Of a stretch of DNA of 64,000 bases, positions 1-14,269 are shown piece by piece. Each line of letters opens with the position of its first letter. Positions within the stretch are counted from its first letter, which is position 1. A model generated the notes under the pieces. It searched no databases, was not told where the DNA came from, and worked only from the letters and a program-made list of their open reading frames with translations. This DNA is from Octopus vulgaris (taxonomy: Eukaryota): contig OX597814.1 in the NCBI GenBank assembly GCA_951406725.2, positions 177,754,001 to 177,818,000 on the forward strand. The letters are read 5' to 3'. The translations under genes were made by a program, and so were the position numbers.

Positions 1-3000
1 TTTCCTGTAACTAGCTGCATAATAGTTGCTATCTTTAACATACATTATTAATCACAGAACAAAAGCACGGCAGCAAAGCAGCAAAAGACAAAGCATTCAA
101 CTATTATAAACGGCAAATAAATCGGCCAATTCTATTCAGGAGACGCAGCACGTCCATACACAACCAGGAAACTATATTTATAACATATAATCATGTTCTT
201 ACTAAATCACAAGTGGCATTTCTTTTTGATAGATACCATTGATTTATGACAAATATATTTTTCTACTGCTGTTTCAGGTCTCATAAATGTCCGTGTAGTC
301 TACCATAACGTCTATTTAATGATTTAACCTTATTACAACTGATTCTCGTCTATCATTACGCATTTACGAACAGCAGCCTGTATTGTTTTTACTCTTATAC
401 ACGTATATTATATATCCGTATATAGTTATATCAATAAAATGATATCGTCTCTTATATAGTGCACGTAAGTGTAAGTACTATGCAAAGCAATTGAGAGTAA
501 AATCAGCATTATTTTACTCCACAAATGTTTTTTTTTCTTATTGATGGAATGGCAATTATATTTATATACGTCTAGAACACAATGTTGAGCTCAAATACAT
601 TTAATCTTTCAATGAATTAAAGTATCTCGCTTATACGTCTACGTAGAGATTTTAGTTTCGAATTTTATATTTCATATTTTTGATAAACAGATTCAATCGT
701 TACTTCGGTTATAGATTCGAATAAGTCAGTGAGTAAATATAAACACTATTATGGGAAATATATGTTTTCGTGCATGTATCTGGCTTTGTAGCTTTTTTTT
801 ACTTGAAGATTGTGGCAGAAGTACCTTTAGATCTTTGCAGGCTCTCTTAAACTAAGATATGCTTCACGTTGTTAATGTTCTGTTTAAACTTGCTGGCCTT
901 ACACATACAGAGAAAACATGAAGTGTGGGTGGGAAATCCATATGGTCAATGTTCTTGGGAAGAAGAATTGGGCATACTGTTATGTAGAATGGAGATGTGC
1001 GGGCGAATCAGGTGTGACGAGAGAAGAGTTTAATTAAAGGGATACCTGAATGGTGGAGGATCGAAAGAAAAAAGCAGAGTCTATTGTAGTGGTGTTACAA
1101 AAGGTGGGAGCGCAAGAGAGTGATGAATCAACGTTACTTACTACAAAACCAGTAATTTATCGATTTCGAAAGAATGAAATGCTATGTTTATCTCGGCCGC
1201 ATTTTAACTCAGACCGTAAACATCTTGAACAAATAACGCAATACATTTTGTTTGACATTCTCACAATTTAACCACTTCACTGGTTTGTGAGACTATGATA
1301 CTACAATATGTTCCTTCGAAAGTGCCTTCAAATCTTCACTTCGTCAAATTACGCTATGCTATGTAAAGAAATGTAGAACTCATTTAGTAAGTAACTTTGT
1401 CCATGGATGTAGTTTGCTGAGACGAAACTATCGGATATTCTCAGTTAGGTATTAAAAAAAATCAATGGATGGCAGAATCGGTAAAGTCCAAAGTCATTTG
1501 TCATTGGCATTTCATTTTTATAATTGCCAGGTCGATGAAATACATATTAATCAACTACTTCTCCGATTAACCAAAGGCACACCCCCAACTACGGATTCTG
1601 TACATATGCCTGTATTATGGATCAATATTTCGGTCTGTGGTTTATTTAAAGGCGTTATGGTACATTATCATTAAAAATTAAATCAAGTTAGATAGGAACT
1701 ACTGTTAATGCTTAATTTTGTGTGTGCCTGATAGAGTAGATATATGATCAAAGACATTTCGCTCATAATTTTGTTTATTATATTGGAAAAAGGCGTATAG
1801 TCTATTTTGTTTTTGGATGATAGTAGGGTGTGATTTAGAGGAAAGGATTAGGGTCAGCTTTTAACTAAACAGACTGAACTAGCATTATTAATTTTGTAAG
1901 AGATTTTTCATAGAAATAAATAAATAAAAGACGACATTAGATAAGTTGTATGTATACATGTATATACGTACATATATATATCAATGAATGCGCGCATACA
2001 TATATATATATGAAATGTATGTACATGTATGCATGATACATGCATGTCCCTAGGGAGAAAGTTCCAGAATATAGTTAATTAAATATGTAGATATGCTTGT
2101 GATAAATAGACAAATATGAATCACACCAGATAGGAAGGTGATTAATTAAATTGTAATTTAGTGACAATCCTTGTTCTAAATTCCAAATATCATAATCCTT
2201 ACACAGTATTTGTGAGATAAATTGGGCAAATCAAAGGGCTTGCAGGTACTAAGTAAATGCGTATCGGAATAAAGATAACTTAAAGGTTGTTTCATGTGGT
2301 GAGAAATATAAGCAACGTAGGAACAGTGGTGTGACATGTTACGCCAGATTTTGCTTGTTACAACTCAAATACTCTTTTTTCAAGGAGTGAACGTGCATCA
2401 TACACAGACAGAGGCATAGAAATATATACACAAGTATATATATATATATATATACATTCAGGCATAGAAGCACACATTCTTAGAAACATACAAGAGGACA
2501 ACTATGGACCATTGAACCGGAGTTTGCAAATCCTATATCAAAGATTCCCTTTCAGTTTCATACCTGTTATTATTGAAGCAAGAGAATAAATACCATCTCA
2601 TTTGAGGCAAAGAACGGCTGAACTTGGAATATTGGGCGCATCTGCAAAACATCAGGGATGACATAGATACGTACACACATATGTATATATATATATACAT
2701 ACATATATATACATATATATATATTTATACATATATATATACATATATACATAAATATATATACTTATATATATTTATACATATATATATATACATATAT
2801 ACATAAATATATACACATATATGTATATATATATACACATATATATATACATATATATATATTCATATAAATATATATGTATATATGTATGTGTGTGCGT
2901 GTGCGCTCGCGTGAAAAAGTTCTATTAGATTCGTCCTTGAATTTGAAGGTTCCCAAACAACGATTTCTATTAGAAATTAATCATATTTTGCTGGTAGCTT

Positions 3001-3084
3001 ACTGGAGCATTTAGCGAATATATATATGTATATATGTGTATATATATATATACATATATGAAATTAATGCTTGTATATATAACA

Positions 3085-3410
3085 GCCCTCAATGTCTGTG
3101 TTACTGTTAATCTCCTTGTCCTGTCTTTTACTGTTTATATTTTGTACTGTTTTTACTGTCTTGTTTTTGTTACCATTTTTACCCCTACGCAAAAAATCTC
3201 AAATTTTATTTAATTTACTCTTTGCGGGAAGGAATGTTTCAACGAAGTCGTGTCTCGCCTTTACTTCCGAAACGCAGAGTAGATGAAACAAAGGCGACTA
3301 ATGAAGGGGAATTTTCCTTATGTTATATGTCCTGTACTCTATTTTTTCGCTGGCTTTGTGTTTATATTTTCGTTTCTCATTGTGTTCGACGTTTTTTTGG
3401 TGTCCTGTAC
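3085..3410. mobile_element. Short (TA)n-embedded interspersed module, probably a PLE pLTR-derived fragment
   Basis: Discrete ~325-bp T-rich block between TA-rich tracts. It contains GAAACG..GTA (3269-3281) and CTAATGAAGGGG (3298-3309), which resemble hammerhead core pieces. Confidence 0.35.
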
Positions 3411-4344
3411 CTATACATACATGTATATATACATGTAGATGTAGGTACGTACATATATGTATGTATATATGCATATGTTTTATTTATTAATTTGTTATTA
3501 TATGACGGAACGCACGCATCCATTTCTAAGTAAGTTTTTTCTTAATATATATATTGATATATATATATGCATATGAATATATTTTACGTTGATATTTTAT
3601 GCACGTATACGTATATGTATGAAAGTTCAACGCCAGATTGGAGTGCACTTTAATCTCACTATATTCTACATACAATACTTTGTCACATTTCTGGAACATA
3701 TTCAGGAACAGTGTTACTTTCCCCTACGCAGCTATTTATTCAGTCGTGTGTCGAACACGGAACCACGTGGTTGTGAAGCAAACGTCATAACCATTCGCAT
3801 ATAACCTCGATTAAGATTTGTTTTAGAATCATTTGTGTGTCAAGACGGGTCTTCGAACGCAAAAAAATAAAATCAATAACGTAGTACATTACAAGAGAAT
3901 ATTTATCTCGATATTTTACTGAAATGAGAGACACACATATACACGTAACTATAGATAGTAACTATATATGTCAATATTTAAAACCATGTATATAAATATA
4001 AATATATATATATGTGTGTGTGTGTGTGCGTGTGTGTGTATATGTGTATATTTAGTTATTTCTAGAATAAGTGTGGAAGACATGCGTATATAATATTTGT
4101 GGAAGCCGTGCATTTATAAATTTTATGGACACACTAACACACTTGATTATATAGAGACTTGGAGATATAAATTTGGAAAAATACAGATAAAAAACAAATA
4201 ACAAAGAAAACATAATTACATTTGGGCAAAATTTCTGTCAATATAAACAGAAATGCACACAGAAACACACACACAGAAACACCACTCCCACACACAAACG
4301 AACCGAAGTATATACGCATGCGTGCACATACATATGTACATGCT

Positions 4345-4377
<33 letters not shown>

Positions 4378-4448
4378 GTGTGTGTGTGTGTCTGTTTATG
4401 TGTGTGTAAACATATATATGTGTGTGTGCGTGTATAATTATGTATATA

Positions 4449-4489
<41 letters not shown>

Positions 4490-5705
4490 CTGTATATTTA
4501 CATGTGTGTATATATTGAATCGTATATACATGTTCATCAATATACTTACGCACAAAGATTCATTTACTAACACCAATACGTATATATGTCCACATAAGTA
4601 CACAGTCACATTCTTCCAGGCATATCTAGAAAATTTAGCTCTCATCGTGGAACTTTCATAATTTCGTTCACGCATCCTTTTTACTTTTCTTGCAAAGTCA
4701 CTTTGTTCGGAATAAAGAGCACTTTATTGATTTAGTGTTCTTTATTCGAAAATGATAGAGTTCCTCAATCGATTGGTACAATGGAATACATACAAATAGA
4801 TTACAGATATACAAAATAGATAACTACACGTATATATATATATCTGCGCACTCAGACCTTCTCTGTCTGTCTCAGTGACACACATATATGCGTATATTTA
4901 TGCAAACACTATACACACGCACACACAGAAACACACGCACACACACAAACACACGCACACATATAAGTATTCCAAGACACACGCAAATATAATACACATA
5001 CAAGGAGAAAGTGATACATATACAAAAATAGCGGACACCTACATACACACACATGAATTATTATTAATATTATTATTTTACTTTTATGTGTGTATATACA
5101 TATACACACATACACACATATATATATATATATATGTATGTGTGTATGTGTTCATGCATCTATCTGTCTGACGATATGTCTATCTATCTCTCTATATATG
5201 TGTGAGTATGTATGTGTCTGTTTGTGTACATGGTAACTCACATCATTCCCATCATCAACATATTATTCCTTCGTTCATGCTGGCATAGATTGGACTTATC
5301 TTTTATACAGAGATACACTCACATAGTTTGTAGTAAAGTACTTAATAGCCGAACATATAACAATTTCATTAGAACACATTACGATCTCATATACTCTTAA
5401 GTGATTCACCTACGAAGGTAACTAAAGCGTAAGTTCGCAAAATTCAGTTGAGTACAGGTATAGATTCGATAAAAATAGAAAGGTGTATGTATTCAAAATT
5501 TCACGTCCTTACAATTGTTTCTGCGAACAAATAATAAATGCCTCTTCATCAGAAGACCCGTTGTTCAAAATGACTGACGAGAAAGAAATAGAAAAAAAAA
5601 AGGAAAATGAAAAAGGAATATGACAATATGAAACAGCTACCATACTTGTATAAGTGAATAAGTTAATGAATTATCAGCGACAGAAACGAAAGTGTGTTCC
5701 TTCAC

Positions 5706-5769
5706 GTAGGCCTGCCTGCCTGCCTGCCTACCTACCTATGTGTTTATCTATCTATATCCATCTATCTAC

Positions 5770-5838
<69 letters not shown>

Positions 5839-6022
5839 GATGTATTTATCTACTTATCTATCTGTCTATCTATCAATCTATATATCTATCCATCTATCTA
5901 CGCGTTTATCTACCTATCTATCTACCTATTTATGTGTTTATCTGCCTATCTGTCTGTTTATCTATCTACCTATATCTACCTATCTGTCTGTTTATCTATC
6001 TACCTATATCTATCTACCTATA
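5706..6022. repeat. (TATC)n / (CCTG)n / (CCTA)n microsatellite
   Basis: Directly visible tetranucleotide tandem array, degenerate toward the right. Confidence 0.95.
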
Positions 6023-6228
6023 TTGTTGGATCGTTATCCCCTACACGCAGTTTTTTTCTCTCCTTGTTTCTCTACTGGTTTCTTTTCTGTGTATCTTTCT
6101 GTCGAAGAGCGTAGGCTCGAAACGTAAAATAATTGTTTTATTTCTATTCCTGAGCGCCATACTAATACATTGTTTGTTTGTACTCCACCTGCCTTCGTCT
6201 TTTGTTTATTTTCGTAAACCTTCCCTTA

Positions 6229-6230
<2 letters not shown>
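6023..6230 (+). mobile_element. Short non-coding element with a minimal hammerhead-like motif (family A; related copy at 41311-41520 on -)
   Basis: CTGTCGAA-GAGC-gtag-GCTC-GAAA-CG-TA at 6099-6126. The 3' part (tactccacctgccttcgtc) is the reverse-complement homolog of 41330-41355. Ends in (TA)n. Confidence 0.6.
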
Positions 6231-6270
<40 letters not shown>

Positions 6271-6714
6271 AGTGTGTGTCTCTACCTACCTACCTACCTA
6301 GTCACTCACACACACACGCTTTTCTGTATGCAATCGAATACAGATTTTAGATTCGTTTTTGGCTAGTCATTACTATAGCGTTCTTGCATACAAGTGTGTG
6401 GACTGCTATATTTTTTTTCTTTTCCTCTTTGTTCCGTTACCTTAGTATCTTTTCATGTCAGTTAACTCTTATTGAGAAAATATATCATTCGGCGACATAT
6501 TTTCCGCCAGAAATTAATCCTGCAAATTTATCCGGTATCTTCCGCATGTTATAATGCGCTACTTCAACTCTATCTGGAGTTAAACGGACAAGAAAGCGAA
6601 CAGACATATGTGCATCGGTGTGCGCGATTAATGTGGGTATATAGTTGTGTGGGTATGTATGTGTATGTGCGCATATACAAACTCAGACACATACGTATGA
6701 ATATATGTGTATAC

Positions 6715-6770
<56 letters not shown>

Positions 6771-7099
6771 ACAACATATGCACGTATATATATATATATA
6801 TATATATAAACACAACACATGCACGTATATATATATATATATATATATACTTTTTGCTCTCAGTGATTTTTCAGTACGTTCGCCTTTCAATTGTTTTACG
6901 AATAAGAGGCGAAAAAATATATATATAAAGAATAGATAGTGTAATAATAATAAGTAAAAATTGCGTTGCAATTGCCAATCTTTCCTGCGCTTTGAATATC
7001 TGAAGTAGGTTAAACGCACAAGTACACACACACACGTGTATAGGTGCATCCATCCATACACCTATCTATCTTTATATATATATATATATATATATAATA

Positions 7100-7470
7100 T
7101 AGTGTACATTTAAACACATAAGGAATCCACTCATGGAATTCAACACGCTAGAAAGAACAACTAGGTTCTATAACCACAACAACTAGGGATAAAATTCGAC
7201 AGGAACGAAATGAAAAATAAAAATATTTTACCATCAATTTTCCTGGACCAATTGGTTTCTGATTTTAATTTAGCAGGCAAAATATATTTGGTCACGAGTC
7301 GAAATCGTCCTCAACAGGTACACCTTGGGTTAAATATATAAACAACGAGGCAATAAAACTATATGCCTCCCGTTTATGTATCCTAATTTTTTCAAAATCT
7401 ACTGCGCAGACGCAGCCCTTCACCGGCAACAAAAAAAAATGACAACTTTTAAAACCGAAAATTATCCAAA
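7100..7470 (-). mobile_element. Decayed PLE pseudo-LTR fragment with hammerhead-like motif
   Basis: Minus strand of 7242-7320 reads CTGTTGA-GGACGATTT...AAAATCA-GAAA-CCAATTGG-TC, i.e. palindromic stem III and a GUC site. Abuts (TA)n. Confidence 0.45.
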
Positions 7471-7561
7471 GACTTATAATATATCTATATCTATCAATCT
7501 AATCCATTATTTCTAAATTTTATATAATTGTGTACATACATACACACCCACTCATACGATA

Positions 7562-7960
7562 TCTTTATATATAAAAGTAAGGTTGTGTGTCTGTCTCCTA
7601 CGATTTAGATTCCTAACTACTCCCACATTTTGCGGTGCAGTTTAACCAAAACCGGGTATCTTATAGTCGTGATTCATATCGAGCCCTTCTGGGTATTAGC
7701 GCGCGTCTACGATGAGTCTCCGATTAAAAAAAAAATACCATCATTTTTTCCATTTTAATGCAATTCTTTCGCTATTATATAAGGGAAGTAACTCTCTAAA
7801 AATGTCTACGATGAGTCAACGATTTAACAAAAAAATTTACCATCATTTTTTTTTTCCATTTTTAATGCATTTTTTTGCTATTTTTTGGCTATAACCTACT
7901 AAAAATGCTTATATAGTTATTTGCCTTACAAACCCGAGCAACGCCGGGGGATACTGCTAG
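7562..7960 (+). mobile_element. Non-autonomous Helitron
   Basis: 5' TC at 7562, GC-rich subterminal hairpin CCCGAGC-AAC-GCCGGG (7933-7948), 3' CTAG (7957-7960), inserted between A and T with no TSD. A homologous copy lies at 57986-58461. Confidence 0.8.
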
Positions 7961-8129
7961 TATATTATAGATGAAAGACAGACATTCTCTGTAGAGAATA
8001 GACTTCGTAGTGGTCAAGAGGTTTAAACGTGATCAGTTAGAGGAGTAAATATATGGATAAGCAAATTAGGAAAGTCGACATATAAAAAGGATTAAGTATA
8101 TATATTTTTTGTATGTTTTCATGTTTATG

Positions 8130-8250
8130 AGCCCAAGCGTGTCTCTGTGGTAATAAGTTTGCTTCCCAACCATATGGTTCTGGGTTCAGTCTCATTGTGT
8201 AGCACCTTGGGCAAGTGTCTTTTACTCTAGCCTCGGGCCGACCAAAACCA
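8130..8250 (+). mobile_element. tRNA-derived SINE, 5' fragment (same family as 43586-43990)
   Basis: tgtggtaataagtttgcttcccaacc...ggttcagtctc...ttgggcaagtgtct matches the head of the full copies in this window. Confidence 0.75.
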
Positions 8251-8579
8251 CCTTCTGGATTGTTAGTCACCACTGTATTCCCCACACAAAATGAAACTAA
8301 TATTAAATCGAGAAGCGCTCTGACGTTCGTACGCAAGTAACTAGAACCCCACTAGTAAGCCACAAGGAAATATTGAAAGGCATACTAATTTACACCTTGA
8401 TGGAAAAAAAAAATTAGTGATATACATAAGAGAGAGATAAATAGATAGATAGATATGGAAAACCCTTGAAGGATTGTTACGAAACAGCGGTACAGCGGTA
8501 CGAAGAGTAATACGAATCACTGAATAGCGTGTAAGAATCTCAGCTTTCCTATCTAATATCAGAATCCAATATTACAATA

Positions 8580-8750
8580 AGCGAGTTCAAAACTGTGGCC
8601 TTTCATGTCTTGCCAAGAGACTTGCGAAATCAAAAAGGGAGAGGAAATAAATCATTCAAGAAATATCTGGATATCGTACCATCTCAGGTTGTATCCAAGC
8701 ATAACTGCCGACCTCTGGTTGAAACTAATGAAAAATGTGAACGTGCGAAA
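8580..8750 (+). mobile_element. LINE 3'-end fragment (CR1/L2 group), decayed
   Basis: Translates to FHVLPRDLRNQKG..SFKKYLD, homologous to LFNILPKDLRELHG..FKIKLD in the copy at 53387-53740. Confidence 0.55.
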
Positions 8751-8759
8751 TGGATACAA

Positions 8760-8828
<69 letters not shown>

Positions 8829-8832
<4 letters not shown>

Positions 8833-9997
8833 GTGACAACGCAACCTTCACACAACGCCAAAATAAAGAACTATATTTCATAAAAAAATTTAGACCAAGT
8901 TTAAACACCCTGGGCCAGGAATACTAAAACAAAAGATAAGTCCTCCGAAAAGGAGAACCAAATTTCACCACGGCCGCTACTTCAAACAGACACTCACTCT
9001 GACGGAAATATGCCTTAGTAAAAAAGGAAAAAAATTCTTTCGTGCAAATCTGACCCTGATACATACGATACAGCTAAGGGTCAGACCCGATTCTGATTGG
9101 TCAACAAGTTGATGACGTCTAGCTCTGCTAGAATGGACAGGATACAAACAGGGGACAGTCATTAGTCAGAATATTGATGACGTCCTTTTCTGCTTGAATA
9201 GTCACCTAACAAGTACAGACAGGGGGCAGATCTAATGTAGCTATAAGTCGTGATTGGGCAGAATCTGGATGACGTCCCGCTCTGCTTGACTAACGAAGCG
9301 ACTGGTCAAAACAGGAAACAAACAAGAGGCAGATATAATGCAGCGATTGGTCAAAATAATGATGACGTCCCGTTCTACTTGACTAACGAAACGACTGGTC
9401 AAAACAGGAAACAAACAAGAGGGAGTTATAATGCAGCGATTGGTCAAAATAATGATGACGTCCCGTTCTACTTGATTAAAGCCACCTAACGAAACGATTG
9501 GTCAAAACATTGATGACGTCACGCTTCGCTAGATTGACCACCTAACAGGCATTATAAAACCGAGCATTTCACAAAAACTCACTAGAACCACCCAGCGAAC
9601 TTCCACCATGGGTCATCACAATTGCTTAAGGTAAAAATGAATTCCTCGCTCTTTCGGAAACATCAATCTTCTGTATTGACCGCTTTCCACCACTTTGATC
9701 TGTTTTTTGTATTGAATACGTATCGCCACCGTGGGCCACTGCATCGAACACTTTGAACATATACTTCAAACTATATATCAACTATACATGAACTATATAT
9801 CAACTATACATGAACTCTAAGATATCTGACTCCGTTGTGTATTATAAATGAATTTCTTGTGTTTGACGGCATGAGCTGTCTTTTTTTATATATAACTTTT
9901 TTTGATAAGGTTCATTTCAGGAACTGAAACATGTTATAATGTATATATAAAAATTAAAAATTGTATAATACAGCAGCATTTTCGAACTTCATTTTTT

Positions 9998-10001
<4 letters not shown>
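8829..10001 (+). mobile_element. 5'-truncated Penelope-like element: GIY-YIG C-terminus, tandem-repeat UTR and pLTR with a decayed hammerhead
   Basis: 8829-8927 encodes SDNATFTQRQNKELYFIKKFRPSLN, the R..E..FI..F.P.LN end of a PLE endonuclease. HHR-like TTGATAA-GGTTC-7nt-GAACT-GAAA-CATG-TT at 9902-9935. (TA)n on both sides. Confidence 0.65.
9095..9525 (+). repeat. ~93-bp minisatellite carrying ATTGG (CCAAT) and TGACGTC (CRE-like) motifs
   Basis: GATGACGTC recurs at 9111, 9176, 9268, 9361, 9454 and 9512, with core spacings 92/93/93. The ORF track shows the matching 31-aa periodicity. Confidence 0.85.
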
Positions 10002-10033
<32 letters not shown>

Positions 10034-10960
10034 TGAGAGAGATATATATGCATGTTCATTCGGGCTGGTTGCTGTCCAACTCCTATATCAAATCCTATTG
10101 CCTGAGAGAGAAATAAAATTTCGGGATCCACGCCTAAAATTTGATTAGAAGGGTACGGCTGCAATTATCATTATCCTTTAATTACTCAGTCAAGCCCGAC
10201 TTCAGCCGTAGCAACAAGAAGAGCAACAAGAACATGTACTAAAACGACAATGGCGATAAAGACAACAACAACCTGTATATGTTTACTCAGATTCCTAGAT
10301 ATGTATTTGTAAACATGGATATGTATTTGGTAGCTGCATACACATATATTGACCCAAGAACGTTGACACATCCGCACATGCGGGTATTTAAAATGTAATA
10401 AACGAATAAACAAAATAAAAAAATTGTGCATGTGTGTTTGTATGCGTAATATCCATGTATTCAATCGCGTGCATTTATACACAAATGTGGTTTTTCTACG
10501 TGTTTCTGAAATTCATTTCAGATTGTGAAAGAGTTACCGCAGCTCTTATGCGTATCAGCATCTTGATAACACTGACTGATATACAAAATAGGAATTATGC
10601 ATACGATGCATGTCATACTTGCAACATACAAAACTACAAAAATAGATTGCTTACGCAGATATGAAACATATTGATAGAGAAATAGAAAGTAAGGAACTAC
10701 CACAAATTGGAAATCCTATAATTCCAGGGGTGGAGAAATAGAAAATTTCCAGTCCTATGCTGTTCGTAATGATATTAATGATACGAAAGTTAACCATCTC
10801 TCGTAGCATGATAGTTCACAACTTGGCGTTCTATGTTTCATGCTGAATTTCACTAACTGCAAACGTAAATAAGAAAAATTAAAATTAATGCATAAATCTG
10901 AGTGAGAAAAAACATCTTTATCACAATCTCAATGTGATAATATTGTGGCTTTGTTGAATG

Positions 10961-11125
10961 CAGTTAGATGACGGAATCGTCATCATACCGGGCAAAACAC
11001 TTAGCGGCATTTTGTCTATCTTCCTGATACGAGTTAAAATTCCTCCATGATCAACTTTGCCTTTCATTTTTCCGGGGTCGATAAAATAAGTACTAGCTGA
11101 ACAATGGGTTCAATGTAATCTATTT
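10961..11125 (+). mobile_element. CORE-type SINE, decayed (family of 28212-28444)
   Basis: caactttgcctttcatttttccggggtcgataaaataagtac matches the reverse complement of the 28.3-kb copy. Confidence 0.7.
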
Positions 11126-11579
11126 ATAGAGTGTATATTAAGTATTGTATGTAGGTAGTTCACTTTGGTAAATTATTTCGTCTCTGTGTTTCAAGCTTGA
11201 GTGTGACAAATGATTTCGCCAATGCGTTTCAAGCTTGTGGGTAGAATGAATGAAAGGACGAGATGTAGACCTGTGTTCATAGTTATCACTGATAATAAAC
11301 ATTTTGTAGAGAGGTGAGGTGATACCGTTCTCCGTTGTCGTCAGAACAATACATGGATAGCCATACAGATGAGCGCCTATGCGTTTAGAGAAATAGCGAA
11401 GATATACTTCAAGATGAAGCGAAGATATACTTCAAGATGAAGCGAAGATTTTCGCGAGGACCACATGTAGCTGCCATGCAAAGGTGGTCTGCTTACAGAG
11501 ATTAAAATAATGGTCAACAGCAACTTTTGTTTGCAGAATTCTTTCTCTCTTTTGCTTTACAACAGAACTGCTATAAACA

Positions 11580-11995
11580 TACTCTTTTACTCTTTTACTT
11601 GTTTCAGTCATTTGACTGCGGTCATGCTGGAGCACCGCCTTTAATCGAGCAACTCGACCCCGGGACTTATTCTTTGTAAGCCCAGTACTTATTCTATTGG
11701 TCTCTTCTGCCGAACCGCTAAGTGACGTGGACATAAACACACCAGCATTGGTTCTCAAGCAATGCTAGTGGGACAATCACAGACACACAAACATACACGC
11801 ACACACACACACACATATATATATACGTACATATATACGACGGGATTCTTTCAGTTTCCGTCTACCAAATCCATTCACAAAGCTTTGGTCGGCCCGAGGC
11901 TATAGTAGAAGACACTTGCCCAAGGTGCCACGCAGTGGGACGGAACACGGAACCATGTGGTTGGTAAGCAACCTACTTACCACACAGCCACTCCT
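11580..11995 (-). mobile_element. Full-length tRNA-derived SINE (major family)
   Basis: Minus strand begins AGGAGTGGCTGTGTGGTAAG (A box) then GTTCCGTCCC (B-box-like), has an internal (TG)n tract and a (GTAAAAGA)n tail. Near-identical copies at 21437, 29924 and 43586. Confidence 0.9.
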
Positions 11996-13730
11996 TATTA
12001 CAAAATAAGTTCAGCAACATCTGTTCGTCTACTTCCCCACCTTTATGTGATTATCTGTGCAACTAGATCCAGTCAGCCGAACTTTCGATGATTTGTCCTT
12101 CGTTGTTCATAGCCCGAAAATGGGACACGATTTTGTTTACCAGACATGTGCAGGGAAAATGTATGATACTTCAGCATAAATTCCAATGTTATATCTTTTC
12201 CTAAACAGCAATATAATAGTGGAACTTATTAAAAGAAGAGGTTGTCAAATCCTTGACAGATATTGGGAAAAATCAGGGAAAAAACTCAGACACTTATATA
12301 TCAAATAGTTTTTCTTTTCAGTAATGTTGAATTAAATGAAAATCAGGCAGAAATTAAAATAGTAACGGTGAGCATTAACGATTTTAGCATAGAATTTAAT
12401 AACTTAAACTAAAGAGTTGCAATAAGGTCAAGTAGATTAAGAATAGCAGAGAAGAAAAGGGAATATTTCATTGGCGAATTTCGCATTTTATATTCAGGAA
12501 ATTCAATTAATAAAATAGGTCATCGACTTGATATTAAGCGGTGAAGTGGCAACGTGGAATACTGCGTAGTAATATTTCTTCACTGAATCAAGGCGTGATG
12601 AAGCAAATGTATGATATATGTAAATACGATTCGTTATATAAGTTGAATTGTGTATGCATTGTTTTTGCTCGATATAAAAGATTATGACAATTAACTACAG
12701 TAGGACTATTAGTTTATTGAATTTCTCAAGGAAGGAAGCGAATGACAACAATAGCGATGGGGTTTCCTTTAAGTATGTTGTTTCACACAAATTTTATGAA
12801 ATAATTTACGAAATATTTGAATTAAAAAAATATATATTGCGACTACACGATGTTCTCTTAAAGCTGTCAATTTTAACAAAGAAGTGAAGATCACCAGTTT
12901 TTTTTTCTTTTACAGAAAACACTTCTCATGAAAATCGCAAGCCATAAACATACCAAATAGAATGATACACCATCAGTATCTTTCATCAAGAATTTATTTT
13001 CTTGAGTTTAGTATATTTTGAAAATATTTTTTTTTCTACACATTACTTGAACATCCATATATTGAAACAGAAATAATCAATAAGTTAGGTGAATGAATTA
13101 ACCATATTTAATTCAAGGCAATTATCACCACGACATAAAATAGACAGAACTCCGTGAAGAAAACACATTCCAACGTCTTTGATCTTATTCTCAAACCCTG
13201 TGTTTAATAACAACTTAAAATGATCTTGAGCTATTTCTCTGTTCAATGTGTGTGCTATATAACAAAACACTTTCCCTGTTTTATAGCCCTCTAGAGAACT
13301 TGTGATAGATCAAATAGAATTAAGTGTGTAAAATCGTAAAATCGCAAAAAAATTATGATCTGATCTCTGAAAGAATAGAGATGAAGATTCAACATAAACC
13401 ATCGTTTCATGCAATGATATTTTGTTTTGTGACTAAAACGGATGAAAATCATTAATATTGGCTTAAAATATATTTCTGAATCATCCAGAATTTACAACAA
13501 ATTTCACTTGTTTAGAAAGATTTAGAGTACTGTCTAACGAGATACCTATCTGCTGCTCTCAAGATATCTTCTGCTGGCTCTAACGTTTATTGCATTTTCT
13601 AACACCATCCTTTGTCAAAGGAGATTTTCATGCATGAAAAATCACATATTCAGGTGTTGAGACAAAACGTACTCTAAGTGTGCCGTATTAGTAATGGTTA
13701 CATAATATAACTTCCCCTATTGCATACTTT

Positions 13731-13777
<47 letters not shown>

Positions 13778-14269
13778 ATCTCTTTATCTATCTATAGATA
13801 GACAGATTGATAGATAGACAGACAGATAGATATATAGAAAGATAGATATTTGTATGTATCATTTGCTGCTGACTTATTCTGATGTTCAAAGAAATAGAAT
13901 CGATCTAATATTTCCATCATTTTCAAGTTTAACCAAAGGATTGAAAATACCTTTCATTGATATATTTTTAGCGGAGACCCTTATTGGAATGTTTGAAAGA
14001 CATACTTACTTGGGTTAGACAACAAAACTGGTTTCTGAAGAGTATTTTCATTTTAATCGAACTTCTAACTCTAAGCTATAAATGGCACCTTCATTTCTTG
14101 TATTCGCTCATCAGAAAGGTTACAAAAAGGAAGTAAAGCAACCAGCAAACATACGACAAATATATTAATGCACAGAAAAGGAAATTCCAGGAAATGATAA
14201 TAAAAAAATTAACACACAACAGAAGCAGCCACCACTACAACTCTAATAAAAGCGACTATAAAATCAACA

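Noticed and set aside
9241-9489. Regularly spaced repeats resembling a CRISPR array or a 31-aa repeat protein
   Set aside because: The whole 93-bp unit is repeated with no unique spacers, the context is eukaryotic with no cas genes, and the ORF is incidental.
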